This document shows positions 12,723 to 22,582 of a DNA stretch of 64,000 nucleotides, piece by piece. Positions within the stretch are counted from its first letter, which is position 1. Each line of letters opens with the position of its first letter. The translations under genes were made by a program, and so were the position numbers. Origin of the DNA: Phycisphaerae bacterium (lineage in GTDB: Bacteria > Planctomycetota > Phycisphaerae > UBA1845 > Fen-1342); NCBI GenBank assembly GCA_050115495.1, contig JASFQK010000009.1, positions 64,001-128,000 of the forward strand, in the 5' to 3' direction. The notes under the pieces are model-generated. The model was not told the DNA's origin. It made no database searches and saw nothing but the letters and a program-made list of their open reading frames with translations.

Positions 12723-13091
12723 CTATCGCTTTGGGAGCAGCGATTTGAGCCATTCGGCCACGGTGACTTCCTTCATGTCGCGGAATTCGCCGGCGTCGAA
12801 GAACCAGCCGTAGCAGACCGTGCAGCTTTCGAAGTGAATGTGAGGCTGCCGGTGGACCGCCATCTGGATCATCGGCTCCTGGCAGACGGGGCAGAGGCGC
12901 GGGCCTTTGACCTCCCGTGCGGCAGATGCCACGGTCGGTCCCTGATCAATGGCCTCGGAGCCGGGGATCTTCCGGAGCTTCTCGGCTTCGAGGGCGTCGA
13001 ACCAGAGCCCGCCACACGCCGGGCAGCGGTCGACCTCGATGCTGGCGTACGTCACCTTCTCCATCGCGGTGCTGCATTTCGGGCAATTCAC
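12723..13091 (-). CDS. Tandem zf-TFIIB-like zinc-ribbon protein
   Basis: CPKC...DRCPACGGLWFDA.E and CPVC...ESCTVCYGWFFDAGE. Confidence 0.85.
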   Translation of the reverse strand: MNCPKCSTAMEKVTYASIEVDRCPACGGLWFDALEAEKLRKIPGSEAIDQGPTVASAAREVKGPRLCPVCQEPMIQMAVHRQPHIHFESCTVCYGWFFDAGEFRDMKEVTVAEWLKSLLPKR

Positions 13092-13129
13092 GGGCGACCT
13101 CCAGAACAGCTTTCATGGTCGAACATTCG

Positions 13130-15535
13130 TTACTCGTCGGTGTCGGCCGGGGCGGTCGAGGGCATCCGATCCTCGCAGACTTCGATGGCGCGGTCGAGCA
13201 GCTCGTCGCGGCCGGCGCGGACGCCGGCGAGCGTGCGGTGTGCGGGGACGGTCGGCTGGATGCCGACGCCATGGTGCGTCGAATCGTCGTGCTTGAGAAC
13301 GCGCATGCCGGTCCACGTGACCCGGTACCCGCCGGGCAGGTTGAAGGGGTTGACGTTGCCGTTCGTGCCGGCGGTCGGCTCACCGACGATCTCCGCGAGC
13401 CGGTAATGCTCGACGATGCCCATGCACGTCTCGGCGTAACTGATCGCCCGGCCATCGGTGATGAAGACAACGTTCTTCGGCAAGCGCGGTTTGGCGGGCT
13501 TCACTGGCCAGCCGGACCTGCGCCACGACCACTGCTGGCGGTCGGGGCGGGTCACGATCGGAACACACCAATTCGCGGACTGGATGGTCTCGTCGGTGAG
13601 ATGGCCGAGGACAGTCGGCGGCAGGCGACGGGGATAACCGCGCAGGTCGAAGATGATGCCGCGCGCCTGGGCCAGGTCGGGCAGGGCCGCCTGAAATTCG
13701 TCGTTGTCGACGCGGTCCATGTCGACGTACCACAGGCCGGGCTGGATCTCGGCGATCTTGTCCGGCCGCGTGCTGTGCTCGGCCAACCAGAACCCCCGGC
13801 CGGCGAAGACGAGTCGAACGGTGCGCAGTGGCTCGTCGCCGCGCTGGATGCCCAGTTCGCACTCCTGCCCATACGCCCCCCGCGACGACTCCTCACGAAT
13901 GCGCCAGCGCAGCCACTGCGGCGTGGCGGCCGAAATCAACGACTCGTGAGCGGCGATGACCTCAGCGGCGGGCCGGCCGTCAATCGTGGTGACGATGTCA
14001 CCGGGCTTGAGGTCCTGGCCCGCCGCCACTTCGGGATCGGCGGCAAGGATGACCAGTTGGTTCTCGACAATGTCCCAGGAAAGCGGCAGCCAACCCACGC
14101 TCTCCAGCATGCGACCGCTCACACGCCCATGTCCGTCGTGCAGGGCCGCGACGAGCCGCCGTAGCGTGCCGAGGAAGGCTCGTTCGTCCGGATCGGTGGC
14201 GGCGGACTTCAAGGCCGTGCGCAGCACGGCGGGCCAATCGGTCTCGACGACGTCGAAGTAGGGATAGAAGTGCTGGAAGACGTTCCAGGCCAGGATAACG
14301 TCGGCCAGGCGGACGGCCCGGTCGTTCGCCGACTGGCGACGATGCACGCCCGGAGCTTCCTCGATCGTAGCGGGCGCGGCGGCGGTGGCGCCATCGGCGG
14401 GCCCCGTGGCGGACGCGTGCGGAACCGTGCCGCCGACGCTCTTGTACACGGCCATGGGCACGATGCAGGTAACATCGCCGGGCAGATCGACGACGAGCGG
14501 TTCGTCCGGCTCGGGCAGCTCCGGGGTGTCATCCCGGCCGAAGAGCCTTCCGAAGACGTTGCTCACGCGGTGGACGCTGACGCGTTCGCTGTGGTAGACC
14601 CCGCCGGGCCGGTCCACGCCGAGCCCGCAGCCCTCGTGCCGCCAGGCGATGGCGCGGTATCCGTCGGTGTCGGGCGGCTCGGCGACGGCGGGCGGCAACT
14701 CATAGGGCTGTCCGGTGGGGACCATCTGCACGGTCGGGGCCACGTCGTGCACGACCTCGGTCAGCGCGGCGGCCAGTGCTCCCGGCGAATCGGCGGGTTC
14801 GACCGTGCGCACGGCGTCGATGGCGATGCTCGGCCAGTCGGCCGCGGCGGCCTCGTCGCTCGGGTGGAAGTAACGAACGTAGCCGAGCAGGCGCGCCAGG
14901 GCGACGAGGTTGTCGAGGCCGCGGTCGGACAGCGCTCGCGGCTCGCCGTGTACGGCCGCGCACTCCACGACGGCCAGGGCCAGGTCGTCCACCCATACCG
15001 TTCCGCCGCCGCTCAGCGAAGCCCCGAAGAGCAAGCGCTCGGCTTCCGCCGGGACTTCGAGCGTGATCTCGCACTTCGTCCAGGGGGTAGTGTGCTGGAG
15101 GCCGTACGACAACATGTTGTCGTAGATGAGCGGCCGCTCGGTATCCGCGCCGTCGATGCGGAGGAACAGGCCGGCGTAGCCGTCGTCCACGCCGTCCAGC
15201 CGCAGCCAACCAGTCAGCCGGATGCATTTGCCGCGAAAGTCGACGGCGGGCAGGATCTGCCGCAGCCGGCCGTATTCTCGGAGGTCGGCCGGCACCCCCT
15301 GCCGGCTCAGGCGGGCGCTGCGCTGGCCGCTGTGTTTGACGTCGGCATCGGCGACGACGCTGTACGCTGGGCTGACGGGGACGCCCAGTAGCGCTTCCGG
15401 CTCGTTCCACCCCGGCAGGGCCTCCCCTTCGCCCGTCTCGAATCCGCCATTTCGCACGCCCTGGCCACAGGCTGCGCCAGCCAGCAGCAGGACGAGCCAC
15501 ATCCCCCAACCCTGCCCGCGCAAAGTCCGACCCAT
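13130..15535 (-). CDS. Secreted S41 family peptidase with an N-terminal carbohydrate-binding-like domain and PDZ
   Basis: Signal peptide; NGGFE...VWVDDL jelly-roll; GYVRYFHPS; LHDGH; IIFDLRGYP, AISYAE, VGEPTAGTNG, GVGIQP; AAGGAGG before ATG 15535. Confidence 0.88.
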   Translation of the reverse strand: MGRTLRGQGWGMWLVLLLAGAACGQGVRNGGFETGEGEALPGWNEPEALLGVPVSPAYSVVADADVKHSGQRSARLSRQGVPADLREYGRLRQILPAVDFRGKCIRLTGWLRLDGVDDGYAGLFLRIDGADTERPLIYDNMLSYGLQHTTPWTKCEITLEVPAEAERLLFGASLSGGGTVWVDDLALAVVECAAVHGEPRALSDRGLDNLVALARLLGYVRYFHPSDEAAAADWPSIAIDAVRTVEPADSPGALAAALTEVVHDVAPTVQMVPTGQPYELPPAVAEPPDTDGYRAIAWRHEGCGLGVDRPGGVYHSERVSVHRVSNVFGRLFGRDDTPELPEPDEPLVVDLPGDVTCIVPMAVYKSVGGTVPHASATGPADGATAAAPATIEEAPGVHRRQSANDRAVRLADVILAWNVFQHFYPYFDVVETDWPAVLRTALKSAATDPDERAFLGTLRRLVAALHDGHGRVSGRMLESVGWLPLSWDIVENQLVILAADPEVAAGQDLKPGDIVTTIDGRPAAEVIAAHESLISAATPQWLRWRIREESSRGAYGQECELGIQRGDEPLRTVRLVFAGRGFWLAEHSTRPDKIAEIQPGLWYVDMDRVDNDEFQAALPDLAQARGIIFDLRGYPRRLPPTVLGHLTDETIQSANWCVPIVTRPDRQQWSWRRSGWPVKPAKPRLPKNVVFITDGRAISYAETCMGIVEHYRLAEIVGEPTAGTNGNVNPFNLPGGYRVTWTGMRVLKHDDSTHHGVGIQPTVPAHRTLAGVRAGRDELLDRAIEVCEDRMPSTAPADTDE

Positions 15536-15625
15536 CGCCGTACCCTCCTTCGGCAATAACAGGGCGCACAACATCGCGCCGGTCATGCGGCTCGCGTTCC
15601 CGGCGACACGCCGGGCGCGAGGCCG

Positions 15626-16180
15626 CTACTCGACGTGTACTTCGAGCTTCTCGCGGCCGGCCAGGCGGGCGGCGTAGAAGGCGCCGATCAGCCCGCCGCC
15701 CAGGGCGAACAACGTGTCCGAGCCACCCTCGACGAGCATCTCGGGGATGTAGCGGACGAACATCGGCCAATCCACGGGTATGCCCTCCTCCGCCGACGCC
15801 TGGCTCCAGCCGTACGCGTAGACCATCACGTTGCCCGCCACCACGGAAACGACAGTCGCGACGATCGAAATGAACTGGACGAGCCACCCGCCCTTGCCGG
15901 CCGCCTTCGCCGTCGCCACGCCGATCGCGACACCGATGCCGATGGCCAGCAGCCAGAACATCATTTCGAACTTGATCGCGACGAAGGCCCAGATTGCCGC
16001 ACCGACCAGGCCGGTCACAGCAGCGGCCACGATGGCCAGCGTCACCCGCGTCGGCCTGGCGTCGTAGGCCGCCTGGGCTTCCTCGCCGGCCGCCTGCCAC
16101 ATGCAGGACCTGCCCCCTGCTCGCCACGAGTCTACCACGCGGGAGGGTATGAGCAACAGGGATTGCTCGGCGGGCGGCAC
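15626..16180 (-). CDS. Hypothetical membrane protein (start uncertain)
   Basis: About four Gly/Ala-rich TM helices; collinear with neighbouring genes. Confidence 0.6.
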   Translation of the reverse strand: MPPAEQSLLLIPSRVVDSWRAGGRSCMWQAAGEEAQAAYDARPTRVTLAIVAAAVTGLVGAAIWAFVAIKFEMMFWLLAIGIGVAIGVATAKAAGKGGWLVQFISIVATVVSVVAGNVMVYAYGWSQASAEEGIPVDWPMFVRYIPEMLVEGGSDTLFALGGGLIGAFYAARLAGREKLEVHVE

Positions 16181-16227
16181 CCCGAGAGGGTGATTTCGAT
16201 GAATGACTGGCGATCTGAGGCGGCCGG

Positions 16228-17208
16228 CTAGCGCTCGGCGACCCAGGCCAGCTCTTCCTGGCGATGCGTGCGGCTACGCTCGTGGGACCGCTTGCGAACG
16301 GCACGTTCGAGCGCGTCGAGCACGATCGTGTCGTAGCCCGCTTGCGGAGCCGCCCGCAGGCGGCGCAGCGCCACCGCGGAAGCCTCCGGCGTAGCCACCT
16401 CGTCCGCACCGAGTGCATCATCGTAGGCCCGCGCGGCGCGGATGATCTGGGCCCCCATCGGCTGCAGGACGGTCTGCACGGGCGGGGCCTGGGCGTGCGT
16501 GAGGAAGTCGCTCGCCGCATCGTCCTGGCCGGCCAACAGCGGCAGCGCACCGTCGAGCACCGAGGCAAGCGAATGCACCAATTCGGTTCCGCAGAACGTG
16601 TGCCGGCTCGGCTTGTCCTCGAGGGCGTCGAAGGCCTTGCTGAGCACCTGCGTCGTGATCTCGAGGTTGGTCAGGTCGTGCAGGAGCGCCGCCACGCGGA
16701 TGTCGTCCACCTGCTTCGGCGGCAGACCCAGCTCTTCGGCGATGACTTGGCTCAGCTCGGCAACGCGGACGGAGCGGGCCTTGACGTGCAGGTTGCCACC
16801 CTGGAGATACTTGGAGAGCACTTCGACGACACCGACGTAAGCTCTGTGCAACTCGCGGACGGTCGTGGCCCGGGCGTCACAGAGCGTCCCGACCAGAATC
16901 GCCACGAGCCCGAGGGCGCTGCCCCAGATCGTCAGCATGAGCCCCACCATCAGCGGCGAGTCGTAGGCGGCGAAGCCCGTCGCCGTCGACGTGGTGGCGA
17001 TCGTCACCACGAGCACGCAGAGCAGGGCCAGCACGCCCGTTGTGGTGCGGCCCAGGTAATAGCCGCTCAGCACGATCGGCAGGTAGAACAGGTTCAGCAC
17101 GACGCCCTTGTACGGGCCCATCATCGCGAAGAGCGCCGAGGCCCCGATCGTGGTGAGGACCAGGAACAGCTCGAGCGCCCGTCGATCCTTCGGTATTGGA
17201 CCTGGCAT
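16228..17208 (-). CDS. Membrane-anchored degenerate HD-GYP domain protein
   Basis: N-terminal TMs; SVRVAELS...IRVAALLHDL present, but no HHExxDGxGYP. Confidence 0.8.
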   Translation of the reverse strand: MPGPIPKDRRALELFLVLTTIGASALFAMMGPYKGVVLNLFYLPIVLSGYYLGRTTTGVLALLCVLVVTIATTSTATGFAAYDSPLMVGLMLTIWGSALGLVAILVGTLCDARATTVRELHRAYVGVVEVLSKYLQGGNLHVKARSVRVAELSQVIAEELGLPPKQVDDIRVAALLHDLTNLEITTQVLSKAFDALEDKPSRHTFCGTELVHSLASVLDGALPLLAGQDDAASDFLTHAQAPPVQTVLQPMGAQIIRAARAYDDALGADEVATPEASAVALRRLRAAPQAGYDTIVLDALERAVRKRSHERSRTHRQEELAWVAER

Positions 17209-17221
17209 GGAAGTCCTCCCG

Positions 17222-18616
17222 TCATGCCGACTGGCTGGTCACGGAGTCCTGCTCCGCGACGTCCGCGGCGGCGGCGGTCGCAGGCTGCGCCACGTCGGCG
17301 GCCGGCTCCGGCAGGAAGCGGCCGTGGATCTCGCCGGACGCGAGGTGGCGCGCGGTAATGGCCGCCATGTCGCGCTCCACCGCGCGCAGGGCGGCGACGA
17401 TTTCCGGGTCGAACTGCCGGCCGGAGCCGCGGCAGATGATCGCCATTGACTCTCTGTGCGAGACCGGCTGCTTGTATACGCGGGCCGTGACCAGGGCGTC
17501 GTAGACGTCCGCCACGGCGACGATGCGGGCAGGCAGCGGAATCTGCTCGCCCTTCAGCCCGGTGGGATAGCCGCTGCCGTCCCAATGCTCGTGGTGCCCC
17601 AGGGCGATCGCGCGGGCCATTTCGAGGAACTTGGATCCCCCCAGCCGCAGCGCGATCTCTCCCAGGCACTGGCCGGCGATCAGTGTGTGTTGTTGCATGT
17701 GCTCGCGTTCGGATTCCGTGAGCGGACCCGACTTGCGCAGCACGCGGTCCTCGATGCCCACCTTGCCGATGTCGTGCAGCACCGAGCTCAGCTCGATCAG
17801 GCGGACGAACGCCGGCGTGATTTCGGAGGCGTAGCGCGACCCGTCGCGCAGCGCCGTGGCGATCAGCGTCGAGTATGCGGCGATGCGTTCCAGGTGCGCC
17901 CCCGTCTCGTAGTCTCGCGAGCCGGCGAGCTTGCCCAGGGCGAAGACGACGGCGTCGCGGGCACGGATGACCTCCTGCGACTGGCGCAGCGCCAGCGACG
18001 CGGAACGCGCCCGCTCGTCCTGGAGAATCTCCCGGTGACGGCTGGTCAGCAGGTAGAGCGTGAGCACCAGCAAGGCCATCGTCCACAGGAACGTGATGCC
18101 GGTGACGCCCCAGAGGCCGGGCAGCGCCGTATTGGCGCCCCGTTCGATCGCGTCGCGCGACCAGTGCAGCACGAGGCGCTGCTCGCCGCCGGGACGGGGC
18201 CATACGACCGCCAGGTGCGGCACGCCGTGCACGCGCAACAGCCCGCGGGTCATCCCGGCGCTGGCGGCGGCGTCTCCCGGGGAATGTGTCGGCGCCGCGT
18301 TGTCCGGCAGCGAGGCGACGGACAGCGCGGCTCCGTCCGTGCCCGGCGACAGCGGTTTCCACTCGCGATCGACGAGGACGGCCTGGTAGCCGTCGGGCCC
18401 GTGTTCGGATGTCGCGGCGCAGCGCTCCAGCAGCGCGGCCTCACTCTCCGTCGCGGCGAGCGTGCGTGCCGCGTCTTCCAGTGTACCCCACGCCTGCTCG
18501 ACGGCGGTCCGGCGTAGCTGCGAGCCGCAAAGCTGGTGCAGCATGAAGAGCCCAACCGCCAGGCAGATGGCCTGACCGAGCACGATCAGTCCGAACTTTC
18601 GATCTCGTGTAGTCAC
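17222..18616 (-). CDS. Membrane-anchored HD-GYP c-di-GMP phosphodiesterase
   Basis: ETGAHLER, LHDIGKVGI, HHEHWDGSGYPTGLKGEQIPLPARIVAVADVYDAL, GRQFDP; two TMs flank an extracytoplasmic region. Confidence 0.93.
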   Translation of the reverse strand: MTTRDRKFGLIVLGQAICLAVGLFMLHQLCGSQLRRTAVEQAWGTLEDAARTLAATESEAALLERCAATSEHGPDGYQAVLVDREWKPLSPGTDGAALSVASLPDNAAPTHSPGDAAASAGMTRGLLRVHGVPHLAVVWPRPGGEQRLVLHWSRDAIERGANTALPGLWGVTGITFLWTMALLVLTLYLLTSRHREILQDERARSASLALRQSQEVIRARDAVVFALGKLAGSRDYETGAHLERIAAYSTLIATALRDGSRYASEITPAFVRLIELSSVLHDIGKVGIEDRVLRKSGPLTESEREHMQQHTLIAGQCLGEIALRLGGSKFLEMARAIALGHHEHWDGSGYPTGLKGEQIPLPARIVAVADVYDALVTARVYKQPVSHRESMAIICRGSGRQFDPEIVAALRAVERDMAAITARHLASGEIHGRFLPEPAADVAQPATAAAADVAEQDSVTSQSA

Positions 18617-19056
18617 GCCCCGTGTCCTGACAACCGGTAGTAGTCGTCACCACCCCGCCGGCTCGCCCCGCCCACACTGTTCATCGGTCCGCCGGGCGGC
18701 GTGATTCGGTGAGTTACAGGTAATTTGGCGTCCGCGATGGTCCCGAATGCAATCGCCCGCCACGTCGCGCCAGGCCGGTGTCGAGTCCCCTGGCGGGCTG
18801 ACCTTGGCCCCCGGACGGGCGCTTGTCGGTCACGATGCTTGGGGGTCGCCAGGTCCGCAAACCGGAGGCGTGTGCGGTTGCGCTACATGAGCCGGTTGTC
18901 GCAATACGTGGCTGAACCGACTGCGGCCGGCGACGTACTACAGGCGTGGTACGCATGCCACGATGGACGGAAAGTCCAGCATCAACCGAGGTTCGCGCCG
19001 CCACCTGCGGCCCTGCAACCGGAGGGGCGGCGACGTCTCCGCACGGGAAGTAATGG

Positions 19057-20592
19057 ATGACTGACACCGCTGCCGATCAGGCGGGCCCCGCGCCCGCGGC
19101 TACTCCTGCGCCCACCGTCGAGCTGCGTCCGGGCGATGTCGAACGAGCACGCGGCTTCCTGCCCTTGCTGGGTATCGGCGTGGCCTTCGCGGTCACCGCC
19201 GACTGGTTGTTCTGGGATCAGCCGCGAGGCTGGACCGTCGGGGCGTTCGGCCTGCTGCTGGCCGGGACGACGTTGCTGTGGGAGCGCCAGCGAGTTCGCC
19301 GATCTGCATGGATCGTTCTGGCGGCACTGGCGGGGCTGTTGCTGCAATGCGTCGTGGAGCCGGGCACGCTCGCTGTGGCGTTGGCGGTGTTGGGACTCGT
19401 GACGCTGGCTTTCACCGTGCGGGAAGGCTGGCGAGCGAGTGCGATCGCATGGTTCGAGCGCTGGGGGCTGATGGCCGCGCTGGGCTGGCTGAGCTTCTTC
19501 CGCGACGCGGAGGCGTGGGGCCGCGTGGAACGGGCCAGCGGCGGCGGAATGACGCGCTCCGGGGCGCGTTTCCTGCGCGGTTGGCTGATACCCGTCGTGC
19601 TGACGGCGGCGTTCTTCGCGGTGTTCGCAGTGGCGAATCCCGTGCTGGCCCGCTGGGTCACGAACGTCTGGGAGCGCTTGTACGACTTCGTCAGTGAGTT
19701 TCTCGACCGGTTGCCGACCGCCGGCCGCGTGCTCATGTGGGTCCTGGTCGGCATCGCGGTGTGGGCGCTCTTGCGCTATCGGGCCGGCACGCGCGTGCGG
19801 ACGCCGAATGCGGCGATCACGTCGCCACGCGTTTTGGCGGACTTCCCGTCGGCAGCACTCCTGCTCCGCTGCCTTGTGCCGTTCAATCTGCTGTTCGCGC
19901 TCCAGAGCGTGCTCGATGTGCGTTACCTCTGGTGGGGCGCCGAGCTGCCGAGTGGGCTCACGTACGCGGAGTACGCGCATCGCGGGGCGTATCCGCTCGT
20001 GGGGGCGGCGCTGCTGGCGGCGTGCTTCGTGCTGGTCGCGTTCCGCTCGGCGGCGCAGACGCCTGGTCTGCGCTGGGCGCGGCGGCTCGTGTACCTCTGG
20101 CTGGCGCAGAACCTGTTCCTGGTGATCTGCGCCGTGTGGCGCCTGAAGCTCTATGTGGAGGTGTACAGCCTGACGCGATGGCGCGTGGCGGCGGCGATCT
20201 GGATGCTGCTCGTGCTGGCGGGGCTCGTCTGGATCCTGTGGCGGATCGTGGGGCGACGCTCCGGAATGTGGCTGATCAACGTTAACGCGATCACGGCGCT
20301 GGCGGTGCTCTACGCCTGCGCGTTCGTGGATTTCGACCGGTGGATCGCGGATGTCAACGTCGCTCATTGCCGCGAGCTCGGCGGCGAGGGGCCGCCGATC
20401 GACGTACCGTATCTTGAACAGCTCGGGCCGGAGTCCCTGCCCGCACTCGCCCGGCTCGCCGAGAGCCGGGTCGACCCGAAGACGGTCAACCGGGCGGGCT
20501 CGGCGGCGTGCCGGCTGCGCGCCGCGCTGCGCAGCGACCTGAGCACCTGGCGTGGGTGGACGTGGCGCCGGCAGTGCCTGGCCGACGGGTGA
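19057..20592 (+). CDS. DUF4153/DUF4173-like integral membrane protein
   Basis: Multi-TM; FAVANPV, TYAEYAHRGAYPL, RLKLYVEVYSLTRWR, IDVPYLEQLGPES. Confidence 0.8.
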   Translation: MTDTAADQAGPAPAATPAPTVELRPGDVERARGFLPLLGIGVAFAVTADWLFWDQPRGWTVGAFGLLLAGTTLLWERQRVRRSAWIVLAALAGLLLQCVVEPGTLAVALAVLGLVTLAFTVREGWRASAIAWFERWGLMAALGWLSFFRDAEAWGRVERASGGGMTRSGARFLRGWLIPVVLTAAFFAVFAVANPVLARWVTNVWERLYDFVSEFLDRLPTAGRVLMWVLVGIAVWALLRYRAGTRVRTPNAAITSPRVLADFPSAALLLRCLVPFNLLFALQSVLDVRYLWWGAELPSGLTYAEYAHRGAYPLVGAALLAACFVLVAFRSAAQTPGLRWARRLVYLWLAQNLFLVICAVWRLKLYVEVYSLTRWRVAAAIWMLLVLAGLVWILWRIVGRRSGMWLINVNAITALAVLYACAFVDFDRWIADVNVAHCRELGGEGPPIDVPYLEQLGPESLPALARLAESRVDPKTVNRAGSAACRLRAALRSDLSTWRGWTWRRQCLADG

Positions 20593-20645
20593 TGCGTGTC
20601 GCGAGTCCGCAGGCCAAAACGACGTTGATTCGACACACGGCGCCA

Positions 20646-20708
20646 CGGCGGGTGAAACCCGCCCTACCTGCTTGGCGCCGGCAGTTGTAGGGCGGGCTCG
20701 GCCCGCCG
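20646..20708. repeat. Inverted pair of GTAG-family REP-like palindromes
   Basis: cggcgggtgaaacccgccctac ... gtagggcgggctcggcccgccg; the same unit recurs at 58759-58782 and 59142-59163. Confidence 0.7.
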
Positions 20709-20803
20709 AAGGTCCGCAGGCCAGAATAGCACCGATTCAACACACGGCGTTCGCCGACGGGTGATACGTATCGCGAGTTCGGTGCCCCACCGTGGGGTGC
20801 CCC

Positions 20804-20843
20804 AACGAGAAACGGGCGGTCAGTGTCTGGCTGACCGCCCGTT
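20804..20843 (-). terminator. Probable intrinsic terminator after tRNA-Leu (possibly bidirectional)
   Basis: Perfect 13-bp stem aacgggcggtcag/ctgaccgcccgtt with a 7-nt loop; T-containing tails on both strands. Confidence 0.65.
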
Positions 20844-20855
20844 CGTTTGCGGAAA

Positions 20856-20940
20856 TGCGGCTGACTGGAGTCGAACCAGCACGGGCTATTCGCCCACAAG
20901 GACCTGAACCTTGCGCGTCTGCCAATTCCGCCACAGCCGC
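20856..20940 (-). tRNA. tRNA-Leu (anticodon CAG), CCA not encoded
   Basis: Reverse complement GCGGCTG TGGCGGAATTGGCAGACGCG CAAGG TTCAGGT CCTTG, long variable arm, GCTGGTTCGACTCCAGT CAGCCGC A. Confidence 0.96.
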
Positions 20941-21076
20941 GTGGTCGGGCACCGGGAAGCCGCACGGTTGCGAAACCACCCGAGAACAGGCATCATACGC
21001 ACCGTTTGGCCGGCGTCAAGCACGCTTCACGCCAGGCCCCGGCGGAACTGGACCCAGGCGGAGGGCGGCAGAAACC

Positions 21077-22270
21077 ATGGCCGCAAACGGACGAAACAGC
21101 ACGCTATTCCGGCGGACCCGGCACGACAACCGCCGAGTGGTGGTCACCGGCCAGGTGGGCGTCGACAAGAAGCCCTTCCTGCAAGAGGTCACTCGGGTCG
21201 CCGAGTCGCGCGGAGAGCCGGTACGACTGTTCCATATCGGCGACATGATGTATCGCGAGGCGCCGGACGTCCGCCGGGGACAGATCCTGGACCTGCCCCT
21301 GGCCCGGCTGAACGCTCTGCGGCGGTCGGTGTTCAAGGACGTGCTGGCCCAGGTGGACACGCCGGCGACGGTCATCGTCAACACGCACGCCTCGTTCCGG
21401 TGGAAGCACGGGCTGTTCCCGGCGTTCGACCACGACCAGATGCGGGCCCTCGACGCCGACGTGTATATCACGTTGGTGGACAACGTGGACGCCATCCACG
21501 AGCGGCTGACGCGTGAACACGACGTACCACACACGCTCAAGGACATCCTGGTGTGGCGCGAGGAGGAGATCCTGGCGACGGAGGTGCTGGCCAGCGCCGT
21601 GCGCGGGCAGGGGCACTTCTACGTTTTCGCCCGAGGCACCGACGAGAGCACGACACGCTCGCTGCACCGGCTGATCTTCCGCCCGGACACGAAGCGCGTC
21701 TATCCGTCGTTCCCCATGACGCACGTGATGGATATGCCCGATACGCTGGCGCAGATCGACGCGTTCCGGGCGGCGCTGTCCGAGCATTTCATCACGTTCG
21801 ATCCGGGGGACCTCGATGAGAAAAGGCTGCTGTTCGAGGCGGGAGCCGCCACGCAGCGGGGCGAGTCGTCGTTCACGCTGAACGTGCACGACCGGGATAT
21901 CGAGTTCGACGCCCGCGAGGTCACCGGCGTGGCTCGCGACATCGACGCCCAGATCTACGCTCGCGATTTCAAGCTGATTGACCAGTCGGACATGATCGTC
22001 AGCTTCATTCCGGAGCTGCCGGACGGCAAGCCGGGGCTGTCGTCGGGCGTGGAGCGCGAGCTGCAACACGCGTTCGAGGCGACGAAAGAGGTGTACATCG
22101 TCTGGCAGCCGCAGGCGGAGCCCTCACCCTTCATCACGGAAACGGCCACGCGGATCTTCCGGAACACCGAGGCAGCGCTCGAGTTCTTCCAGGAGAAGGG
22201 CTACCTCTCGTCGTTCCAGAAGCCGCTGTTCCAGGCACCGCGTCCTCGTGAACGCGGCCGGCACGGCTAA
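21077..22270 (+). CDS. Fusion of an archaeal-type adenylate-kinase-like P-loop domain and a nucleoside 2-deoxyribosyltransferase-like domain
   Basis: RVVVTGQVGVDKK, HIGDMM and VIVNTHASF...GLFP (AdkA-like); C-terminal VYPSFPM, FDP, RDFKLIDQSDMIV, SSGVERELQHA (NDT/Rcl-like). Confidence 0.7.
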   Translation: MAANGRNSTLFRRTRHDNRRVVVTGQVGVDKKPFLQEVTRVAESRGEPVRLFHIGDMMYREAPDVRRGQILDLPLARLNALRRSVFKDVLAQVDTPATVIVNTHASFRWKHGLFPAFDHDQMRALDADVYITLVDNVDAIHERLTREHDVPHTLKDILVWREEEILATEVLASAVRGQGHFYVFARGTDESTTRSLHRLIFRPDTKRVYPSFPMTHVMDMPDTLAQIDAFRAALSEHFITFDPGDLDEKRLLFEAGAATQRGESSFTLNVHDRDIEFDAREVTGVARDIDAQIYARDFKLIDQSDMIVSFIPELPDGKPGLSSGVERELQHAFEATKEVYIVWQPQAEPSPFITETATRIFRNTEAALEFFQEKGYLSSFQKPLFQAPRPRERGRHG

Positions 22271-22582
22271 GCCGGCCGCCGACGCCGCGGAGTATCCCCT
22301 CTTATGCCCTGTCTCCGGGTTACCGGTCCCAGGGCGAGGTCCCGTCTTTCCGAGAACGGGCCGCCCGCGTCGTGCGGACTCACTCCTGCATTTCGCACGC
22401 TGAGGGCTTACCAGGGGGCCTGCGCAGGTGGGAGCATGTGACGACCCCGAACGGCTGACAGCCCGTCCTTGCCCATAGCCTAGATTTCTTGAAATCATTC
22501 TGGCGAATTACATGATATATTTTTGGCGGTTATCTGGAGTTTTTTCTTGAGTTCCGGACCGCTACCGGGTAACCTGCATCGC

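Noticed and set aside
20856..20940. tRNA-anchored integrative element
   Set aside because: I saw no integrase and no duplicate of the tRNA 3' end in the window.
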